In this document: positions 25,099 to 35,108 of the stretch, in pieces | Position numbering within the stretch: the stretch's first letter is position 1 | Layout: each line of letters starts with the position of its first letter | NCBI GenBank assembly: GCA_043228905.1 | Contig: JBHGNT010000001.1 | Location: 3,472,001-3,536,000, forward strand | Length of the DNA stretch: 64,000 bases | Origin: Azolla caroliniana | Lineage: Eukaryota; Plantae; Polypodiophyta | Reading direction: 5' to 3' | Made by a program: the position numbers and the translations under genes | The notes under the pieces: generated by a model | What the model was told of the DNA's origin: nothing | Seen by the model: only the letters and a program-made list of their open reading frames with translations | Database searches by the model: none

Positions 25099-28000
25099 CT
25101 GCTCTCACTTCGCTCCCTCTAAGTGGAAAACAGAAAAATGAGCAACAACAACAAACTGTTTGCCCTAAGTCATATTTATACACATATGACTTTCGGGCTA
25201 TTTACAAATATAGCCTAGAGGGCCCTTGGCAAACATATTCACAAATATGTCCCCGCATCCGGATCTCTCTCCGGGTACATTCGTCATCCGGCTCCGTAGC
25301 CGGGGTCTTCAGCATCCGGATCCGTAGCCGGGTACTCTTCATCCGGCTTCATGCCGGGTACTCTTCATCATCCGGTACCGTAACCGCAACCGGGCTTGCC
25401 GTCATTCATCTCCGAACATCCCATCCGGAGGGACCGAAATCCCAACAAACTCCCCCTTCACTTCGGCATGGGATGTCTCTCCAATCCGATCCTCTTCCGG
25501 CATGCTTCCAGCTTGTCGGGTGTGAGCACCTTGGTCAGCATATCCGACCCGTTCTCGTCCGTGTGGATCTTCGACAGCACGAACTCCTTGTCTTCTATCC
25601 TTTCCCGGATCCAGTGATATCTTCGCTGGATGTGCTTCGTCCGGGAGTGATAGGCCGCGTTCTTTGCAAGGTGGATGGCACTCTGACTGTCGCAGTAGAG
25701 TCGGTACTCCTCCTGGCGGATACCGAGCTCTCTAATGAAGTCCTTCATCCATATTATTTCCTTGCCGGCTTCAACAGCCGCCATGTACTCCGCCTCCGTG
25801 GTTGACAACGCAACCGTCTTCTACAGCCTCGACTGCCACGACACCGCTCCCCCTGCATACGTCATCACATACCCTGATGTGGACCGGCTGGTATCTGCAT
25901 CAGCCGACATATTCGAATCGGTAAAGCCGTCGAGTTCGGGCTTACTGGAGCTGAATCGGAGGCACACGTTTGTCGTGCCCTTCAGGTATCGGAGTATCCA
26001 CTTGACCGCGTTCCAGTGCTCTTTGCCGGGATTGCTCATGTACCGGCTCACCACTCCGACTGCATATCCTATGTCCGGTCTTGTACACACCATTGCGTAC
26101 ATCAAGCTTCCGACGACAGAGGCATATGGTACTTTCATCATGTCCTCCTTCTCAGCCTTTGTCTTGGGGCTTTGCTTGCTGGACAACTTGCAGTTTGCCG
26201 GGAGGGTTGACCCGACCGGTCTTGCTTCCGACATGTTGAACCGGTGAAGCACCTTTGTCACGTACTTCTCCTGTGACAACCACAACTGCTTCTTCTTCCG
26301 GTCCCGGATGATATGCATCCCTAGTATTTGCCTCGCCGGACCCAGGTCCTTCATTGAGAAGGTTCGGTGAAGTGCTTTCTTCAGCATCCGTATCTTGACC
26401 TGGTCCCGTCCGACGATCAACATGTCGTCTACGTACAGGAGGAGTATTAGAAAGTCTCCTCCTTCGAACTTCTTCACAAACACGCAGTGATCGGACTGCG
26501 TTTTGTGGTACCCTTCGTTGGTCATGAAAGAGTCGAACTTCCGGTACCATTGCCGGGGAGCCTGCTTCAGTCCGTAAAGGCTCTTCTTCAACCGGCATAC
26601 CAGGTGCTCCTTCCCTTTCTTCTCGAATCCTTCCGGTTGCTGCATGTAGATCTCTTCTTCGAGGTCACCGTGAAGGAATGTCGTCTTCACGTCCATCTGT
26701 TCTACCTCGAGGTCCATGCTTGCCGCTATGCTCAGCACCGTCCGGATGGAGGTCATCTTCACTACCGGGGCAAATATCTCGTCGAAGTCGACGCCCTTCT
26801 TCTGCTGGAACCCCTTCACTACGATCCTGGCTTTGTATCTCGGGGGGTTTCCGGCATCTCCCGGTTTTAGCTTGAACACCCACTTGTTTCGAAGTGCCCG
26901 CTTACCTTTCGGCAACTCCACAAGTTCATATGTGTGGTTCTCATGCAGGGAATCCATCTCCTCCTGCATGGCACTTAACCACCTGCGGCTATGGTTGTCA
27001 AGCTTCGCTTCTTCAAAACTCTCCGGCTCCCCCTCGTCGGTTAGCAGCACGTGCTCTGGTTCCGGAAATCTCCGGGGGGCCCTTCTCTCTCTTAGAGGAT
27101 ATCTCCGTTCCGGAGCTTCGGTAACCGGCTCCTCCGTTTCCTCTTCATCCGAATCCATTTCGGGATCGGGGCCGGTTCCGGTATCAGTTTCATCTTCCTC
27201 GGCCGGTTCTGTTTCTTCACCGTCTTCGGCCGGATCCTCGAGTGCTAACCGGTCCCTTGCCGGTCGGGACTGCTCTTCGTAGAGTTGATCCTCACCGGTC
27301 GACTTGGAGCTCTTCATCTTCTTCTCCGACTCCCAGTCGGTGAGTGTCTTGTCCTCCATGAAGATGATATCTCGACTCCTGAATATCTTCTTGTCGACCG
27401 GGTCCCATACTCGGTAGCCGAACTCGTCGTCGCCGTAACCGAGGAATATGCATGGCCGGATCTTTGGATCTAACTTTCCTCTCCGGTCCTTTGCCACATG
27501 CACATATGCGAGACACCCGAACACCTTCAGATGCCGGTAGGACACTTCCTTACCGGTCCACACTTTCTGCGGCGTGTCTCCGTCCAAAGGTACTGAGGGT
27601 GATCTATTTATCACGTATGTCGCCGTCGACATTGCCTCAGCCCAAAACCCCTTGGGTAATTTCGCATGCGCCAGCATACTCCGGACCCTCTCCATTATGG
27701 TTCGGTTCATCCTCTCGGCCAGCCCGTTCAGTTCCGGCGTCTTCGGCACAGTAAAATCGAGCCGGATTCCCTTCGAGCGACAGTACTCTGCGAACTGCCC
27801 CCGGTATTCCCCTCCGTTATCCGCTCGTATCGCTTTCAGCTTGTTGCCGGATTCTCTTTCCACTCTCGCGTGGAGTTCTTTGAAGCCGGACAATACTTGG
27901 TCCTTTGTCTTCAATGGTGCCGTCCACAGCTTCCGGCTATGGTCATCTATGAATGTTACGAAGTACTGGGCTCCGCCATGTGACTTCGCTTCTACCTGAC

Positions 28001-29825
28001 ACACATCAGTGTGTACCAACTCCAATGGTACACTACGTCTCATCGGTGGTCTTGAGCGGAAGGAGGTCCGGTTTTGCTTACCGGCCAGACAGTCGGTACA
28101 CTTCCCCAGTTGTACGTGCTTTACCGGTATCAGGTTGTCTTCGGCAAGCCTCTTCATCCCCTTCTCGCTCATGTGGCACAGTCTCTTGTGCCACAGCTCA
28201 CCGGTAGTGTCAGCTGCCACATTCAGCTCCTCCGGACATAGCCGGGAATTCATCAGGTACAGTGTGTTGACCTTCCGGGCCCGAGCCACTATCAGGCTCC
28301 CTTTGCTGAACTTCATGACACCGTTCCGGATGCTACCCGTGTAGCCTTCATCGTCTAGCCTCCCGGCCGAAATCAGGTTCAATCGAACCTCCGGAACGTG
28401 TCGAACATCCTTCAGCAGCATCTTGCATCCGGTTGATGTCATTAGCCACACGTCTCCTATGCCGGCAATCCGGCATGTACCTTCATTTCCCATCCGGACA
28501 CAGCCGTGCTCACCGGCTGTGTAGGATGAGAAGTATTTCTTCTCCGGGGTCAGGTGGAACGACGCTCCGGAATCGACCACCCAGGTCATCACTTCACCGG
28601 CAAGGTTCAGCTCCCTCTCCTCGGTAATGAGCATTATCTCTTCTTCACTTGCCGCGAGTGCCGTCGTTCCTTTCCGGTCCTGCCCTCGCCGATCCGGACC
28701 TCTCCGGTCCGCGGCTCCCCGGTATGCACCGTTTCGCTCCGGTGACTTCTTCGAATCGGTACCGTCGGTTCCGTTGTCTTTCCGGAAATGCCGACAGTTC
28801 TTCTGGAAGTGCCCCGGCTTCCCACAGTAGAAGCATGTAGGTCTTCCCCTCGACTGCGACCGTGTCCCCGACTTCTCTCGTCTTTGCGGACTCCGGTTCC
28901 GTTGTCTTCCCCGTTCCGATTCGGTAAGCAGCGCCTTCGAGTCGGAGGCCGGTTCTTTATCTCTCCGACGCGCTTCTTCATTTAGAATACTTGTCTTTAC
29001 CGTTAGTAAAGACAAGTTCTCTTCCTTACAGGAGGTGCTGAGTGTAACTACCAAGTTCTCCCAGCTCTCCGGAAGGGTACACATCAGCATGATGGCTTGC
29101 ATTGCGTCATCCAACGGGAACTTGATCGCCGCAAGCTGGTTCACGAATCCCATGAACGTGCTGACGTGTTCGACCATGCTCTCGCCGTCCCGGTACTTAA
29201 GATTCACTATCTTCCTCATCAGGGAGGTCCGGGTCAGAGCATTCTTCCTCTCATACAGTCCGGACAGCTTCTGCCACATCTCATAGGCGTTCGTATCGTT
29301 CGCCACATGTTGCAGGACACTTACATCGACATATTGCCGGATCGTCACTACGGCTTTCCGGTTCAGGAGCTTCCACTCCGACTCTATTACTCCCTTGGGT
29401 ATCTCGGCATTGTCGATCGGTTCGTACAGGTCTCGGACGATGAGAAGGTCTTCCATCTTTATCTTCCAGTCGGCGTAGTTCTGTGAGTTCAACACCATCA
29501 TGCCCGGAGGCCCACTACCGCCGCCTTCCATTTTCTGTGTTACCGTTGCTCTGATACCACTTTGTTAAACACAGTGCTCGGCCACAACCGCGGAATAGGA
29601 TCAACTCACAGAAAACAGGAAATACAAAGTGCACGAGGACAATAGAGAGAAAGGTACACTGGATGTTTTACGTGGAAAACCCTAAATGGGAAAAACCACG
29701 GGAGTCCTCAAACTCCAACTATCACTATAAACAGAGATGTACACTGGTGAAGCTACAAGGCAACAACCTTGAGCTCACTGTCTTCGCCACAGGCGGCGGT
29801 AATACACAGAGGCAACGACCCCTTC

Positions 29826-29862
<37 letters not shown>

Positions 29863-30211
29863 CTGCTCTCACTTCGCTCCCTCTAAGTGGAAAACAGAAA
29901 AATGAGCAACAACAACAAACTGTTTGCCCTAAGTCATATTTATACACATATGACTTTCGGGCTATTTACAAATATAGCCTAGAGGGCCCTTGGCAAACAT
30001 ATTCACAAATATGTCCCCGCATCCGGATCTCTCTCCGGGTACATTCGTCATCCGGCTCCGTAGCCGGGGTCTTCAGCATCCGGATCCGTAGCCGGGTACT
30101 CTTCATCCGGCTTCATGGCGAGTACTCTTCATCATCCGGTTCCGTAACCGCAACCGGGCTTGCCGTCATTCATCTCCGGACATCCCATCCGGAGGGACCG
30201 AAATCCCAACA
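24903..30211 (-). mobile_element. Element C2: Ty1/copia, 5' LTR 29563-30211, truncated 3' LTR about 24922-25447
   Basis: iMet PBS at about 29548-29559, PPT at 25448-25457, near-intact polyprotein. Confidence 0.95.
25458..29531 (-). pseudogene. C2 gag-pol polyprotein with one premature stop (25821-25823)
   Basis: 1236-aa ORF plus an in-frame 116-aa tail. All copia motifs are present (CCHC, DSG, DDE, YVDD). TAG replaces the CAG seen in C1. Confidence 0.93.
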
Positions 30212-32579
30212 GCGGGAAGGATGCTACGAAGTATTTGGCATCCTACGGGGCGGAAATGCTGATGCGGGACATTCCGGAAGAGAGGCGTATTGCCGGGTTC
30301 CCTCGAGTGGCGATGCCGAGCATCCATGCGGAGGTGCTCGAGGTACGGGCGGAGAGCCGTACCTGGGAGGAGTTCGAAGGCCGACTCCTAGAGAAATATG
30401 GGCTAGACGACGCGCTCTGGCTTTCGAAACGGGACTTCATGGAATGGGTGGAGTCCCCCGGCAAAGGAAGAAACGCGTCGGCACTCCTCCGGGAGTTTGA
30501 AGAACGCTTTGCGCGCCTTTCGGCGCTTGAACGAACCATTCTAGATACGAGCCGGGTCCTACTGTTCGTCAAGTCGGTGGACGAGCGGGACCGGGATCAA
30601 GTCGACTCCTTGCTGGAAACCGAAGACGGGCTGACGACCGACTGGGCTGCGGTTAAGAGTGTCTGTGGCCGTTTCGACAAACGGCGAGAATGAGATGATA
30701 ACGAGGCGGCCGGTGCGGGCTCTGTCATAGCAAGGAGGCTTGAACCGGCACCGCAAGGGCGAAGGGCAGAAGCCCGGGAGTGGCTCGAAATCGGGTCGGC
30801 TCCGACCGGCATGGTCAATGACTCGTCCGGAGGAGCAGCGCTGGAGGAGTTGATGCGGGCGATAAAGGATCTCCAGATCGCCCAGACTCGAAGGGAAGGC
30901 GGCGAACCGGCTCGTGACCGACGGCCGGTAGCAGGGAACAGGTGCATGTGGTGCGACGAGGTCGGCCACATTCAGAAGGACTGCGGCGATTTCGCAGAGG
31001 CGTTGAGGAACCGGGTGGTGTACCTATGGGAAGGCTGGGTGCACGCCGGAGATACCAGAAGGGCCCTAAACCGGAACGACAGGCGAGGAGGTATGAAGAG
31101 ACTAATGGAAGAGGCAGCGGCCCGACACGTGGAGGCCATCCACTACTCGGCGTCGGCCGGTATTCGGGTCGGGGGCAGCGAGGCCCGAAAGGAGAGCAAA
31201 GACGGATTCTGGTCGGCAATGCTGGAAGGCCTCGCCGGCGCACGGCGGAGGAAAGATGAAGCGGACCGCGCTGAGAGACGGGTCCGGGAAATAACCGGGT
31301 GAAGCGACCCGGTCGAGGAGAAGACGGGCTTCGTAGAAGCCGCCTGCCGGAACTACGAGGCTCTAGTAGAAGACAAACGAGTAGGGAAAGCCGGAGCGGT
31401 CGGGCCCTCACAACAATACGAGACCCGATTCGGGCAACGACGGAACGATGCCGGTGGGTCCAGCGCGCAAGATAACCCCAGGAAGGGCGGATACCGACTG
31501 GGGACGGAAATAGAAAGGACCACGGACCTACGAAAGGTCCTAGAAGAACGGATCCTCGACAGCAAAGTGGAGCTATCATTGCGGGAGGTGCTGGGGATCG
31601 CTAAGAAGGAGTTCCACGACTCCATTATGGACTTGGTGAAGCGGAAGAGGCTGTCGACGGAGACGGAACCGGAAAGACCGGTAGAGGTGCGGACGACGCA
31701 CATCGACGACTCGGCGCTGGCAGACGAGTGGGCGGAGAGCCACTATTCGAGGCCACACTGGGCCCGAGCGACCACGGAGACCCCGGTAAAGATCGAAGAT
31801 GTTCAGGAACCGGTGGTGGCATTGGTGGACCACGGTTTGGAAATAAACCTGATGTCCATGGACTTCTATAAGAAGGGAAAGTGGCCGATCAACACCAAGC
31901 ACGGGTGGAAGATACGGGCGGCGACGCGCGCCACCGAGGAACTGCACGGGGCCTGCCCGAACGTCGAGATTGACCAGCACTTCTTCATACAGGAGACGTC
32001 CTCGCATCCGGTCATATTAGGGGAACCATACATCACGGCGGCGCGAATGGAGACCAAGGTGCTGGACAACGGTTCGGCCTATGCGAGGGTCAAAAGCCAG
32101 GACGGGCGTCATTCGGTCCAATTTCTGACGGTGCGGCCGAACCACGAGCGAAACTGCGAATCCCTCGGTGGCGAGAACCGGGAGGATTTTTAGGGAGGGC
32201 TGCCAAGGCGTGGGGCCGAGACAGTCCGGACACTCGGGAAAGACCCCACAGCTGTACGATAGAACCGAAACCGAAGAAACCTTGTACGATAGGTAGGAAA
32301 TTTTGCTTCTCCAACAATGGAGGGTGTGTGATGGTCGGCATCGTTGGCCGAGAAAAGGCAAGGGCGGAGGAGCGACTTCGAGTGTGCAGAGTTCTTGGCC
32401 CAGACGAGGAAATCAGCGGAGCCGTGGAGGCGGTCTCCTTCGACGACATCTTGGGAATGTTGAGGGAGGTAGCCGGAGAAGACCTTAACGAAGACCGGAC
32501 GATACCAGTATGTTCCGAAGAGATGTACGAAGTCATCGCGAACTTCAGTCAGGGGCTCGGGTCGGATCGGACGGCCCGG

Positions 32580-33976
32580 TGTCGTGAAGAAAACCGTCGA
32601 CAAGCGGAATCGGTGCACCGGAACGTAGGAACTGGCTCTTCGTGCACATGCGCCTTATGTCGTACATAGAATCTCCTAGGCCAGTAGATTCGGTAGGTAG
32701 GGAAACGGCTCGTTCCTTGGCTATAAAAGGAGGGAGACGAGGAGGGGCGAAGGATCGCGAAGAGTCAAGGACGAAGTGCTGTCGGTTTGCGTGCGAAGGC
32801 TTCTCTCTCTCTCTTTCTGGTTGCAAACGCCATAGCTTCCTTCTGTGCAGGTTTCGGGAGGCTCGCGCTGCTCTAAGGAATGCCTGAGTGCTTCCGGAAG
32901 CACCTCCAAACTACTCCTTCCTCTCTGTGCGTTTACGAGCAGGTATCGGCATCTGTTCGCCGGCCTGTTCGGTTGGAACCGACTTCGTGTTTTGTTGTCT
33001 TCGTGTTCTTGTTGTTGTCTTGTCAATACATACATACACCTGTTTGTCTTTCTGTGTCGCTGTCCCACTTGCGTCAAAGGGCCGTGTCCCTGTGGATCTA
33101 CGCTCGCACGTAGATGGATTCTTCCCCTCCTCTCTTGCTCTTTGGTACAGGACCCTCGAGGTTCCGCCTCATTCCGCGCATCCGCGAGGAATACCTCGAC
33201 ATCTTGGTGAACCCGACGTGAAGGAGGCGGCAGAAGAGCAGAAGATGAAAGGGTCGGATCTTGCAAAGGCCATGGCTTCGGCCGTAGATCGGATATTGAG
33301 TGCACGCGAGGGCACCGGGGCCCTCGACAGAGCCATTGAGGCGGTCGTCGGTACGATCGGCCGGTTCAGCGGAAAGGATGCCACGAAGTATTTGGCGTCC
33401 TACGGGGCAGAAATGCTGATGCGGGACATTCCGGAAGACAGGCGTCTCGCCGGGTTTCCTCGAGTGGCGATGGCGAGCATCCATGCGGAGGTGCTCGAGG
33501 TGCGGGCGGAGAGCCGTGCCTGGGAGGAGTTCGAAGGCCGACTCCTAGAAAAATACGGGCTGGACGACGCGCTCCAGCTTTCGAAAAGGGACTTCATGGA
33601 ATGGGTGGAGTTCCCCGGCAAGGGAAGAAACGCGACGGCACTCCTCCGGGAGTTCGAAGAACGCTTTGCGCGCCTTTCGGCGCTTGACCGAACCGTTCTG
33701 GATACGAGCCGGGTCCTACTGTTTGTCAAGTCGGTGGACGAGCGGGACCGGGACCAAGTCGGCTCCTTGCTGGAAACCGAGGACGGGCTGACAACCAACT
33801 GGGCTACGGTTAAGAGAGTCTGTGGCCGTTTCGATAAACGGCGAGAATGGGCTGACAACGGGGCGGCCGGTGCGGGCTCTGTCACAGCAAGGAGGCTTGA
33901 ACCGGCACCGCAAGTGCGAAGGGAAGAGACCCGGGAATGGCTCGGGACCGGTCCGGCTTCAACCAACGGACAAGAG
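32580..33976 (+). mobile_element. Element E3: second Trp-primed copy (5' LTR 32580-33201, PBS, partial gag) inserted into E
   Basis: LTR is homologous to 22513-23159. PBS at 33205-33221, gag ATG 33245, preceded by CCGG. Confidence 0.9.
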
Positions 33977-34396
33977 TGTAGGAATAAGAAATAATATAAG
34001 ATCATAACGCATGTAACGGTTCACGTAGAAAGCGTGAACGGCTAAAAAGACCCTGCGTATATAAAGGGCAGAAAACCTCTGATAGAGGGGGCGTGTAATT
34101 TTGGAATGTAAAGAAGCGTATCATAATAGAATTCTATCTTCTCTGAAAATCTGTGTATAGCTACAGCTAATCTACTGTGTGTCTGTAATACTTGAGAGTG
34201 TAAGAACGTGAGTGTGTAACCACTGATAAGGAGTCGGTTGTAGCCGTCTCCCTTATACGCTGCTAGGTTACGGGGAACATTCCCCTATGTATTACACATA
34301 GACGCCACCATTCGTTGTTTCACAATCACTTGGAGGTCTAGGTCGAAGGACTGACAGCAAACTATGTTCCTAATCGGTAACAAGGCTAATACAACA
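33977..34396 (+). mobile_element. Putative solo LTR of another family, without matching TSD
   Basis: AT-richer block from TGTAGG to CAACA with TATATAAA at about 34058. Lies between two unrelated truncated elements. Confidence 0.45.
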
Positions 34397-35108
34397 AGTT
34401 AAGAATGGGAAGCGGCGAAGGCGAGTCAAGTGGGCCACCGGGACCGCGACGTCCACCGTTGGCCACACCCTGAAGAGTGTTCCTGTGCCACTTCACCCTC
34501 CCTTCTCAAACCGGCTGCCACACGAAACGCTCTCCATCAAGGAGAGGAAACCGAACCTCCAAGTGCCGCCACCGGAATGCCAAAAGCCATCGTTGTTGAA
34601 ACCCCAAAACAGTCCAAACTCTCACACGAAGAAAGAGAGAGTAACACCCAAAACCCTGAACCGCATAAAAACCCTAACTCGCACGAACTCTCACAAGAAG
34701 AAGAACCTAAACGGAATACTAACGTCCACTCGTAAGAATGAACCAAACCCATGAGACAATGAAGAAGACCAAAGTAAAACCCTAAAACGAAATAGAGTGA
34801 AAAGACCAAAGTAGAAACCCCAACTACCAAACCTTAGATCTAAGTGGTATACCCTCATAACTCAAAATGGGCAACCCCTCTACAAGGGACCCTCCCTTCC
34901 TTTTATAGAACAAGGAGAGGGATGTGTAACAATATGGGATAAATCCCGATGTACATGGGATTCTCTGTCTCGACTTAACTCCTACTCGGCGCCATAAAGG
35001 CACCCCTATCACCTACACCATTTGTACAAGAGTGAATGCAAATGCTCCACCCCGCCAATTCTTCTGATAGTCCCCAATTTCTCACCATGGCCCGGAATCT
35101 TCACGACA
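34397..35108 (-). mobile_element. Partial LTR of the Trp-primed family (B/D-like)
   Basis: Shares AAGTGGTATACC..GGCAACCCCT..CCCTCCCTTCCTTTTATAG and the terminal GGAATCTTCACGACA with the B and D LTRs. Followed by TCGG. Confidence 0.85.

Larger units (their letters stand above)
22513..32579 (+). mobile_element. Element E: Trp-primed Ty3/gypsy, 5' LTR 22513-23159, gag-protease and start of pol; composite and interrupted by C2
   Basis: PBS at 23164-23180, gag ATG 23204, knuckle CMWCDEVGHIQKDC, protease LVDHGLEINLM, premature stops at 30691 and 31300. Confidence 0.88.
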
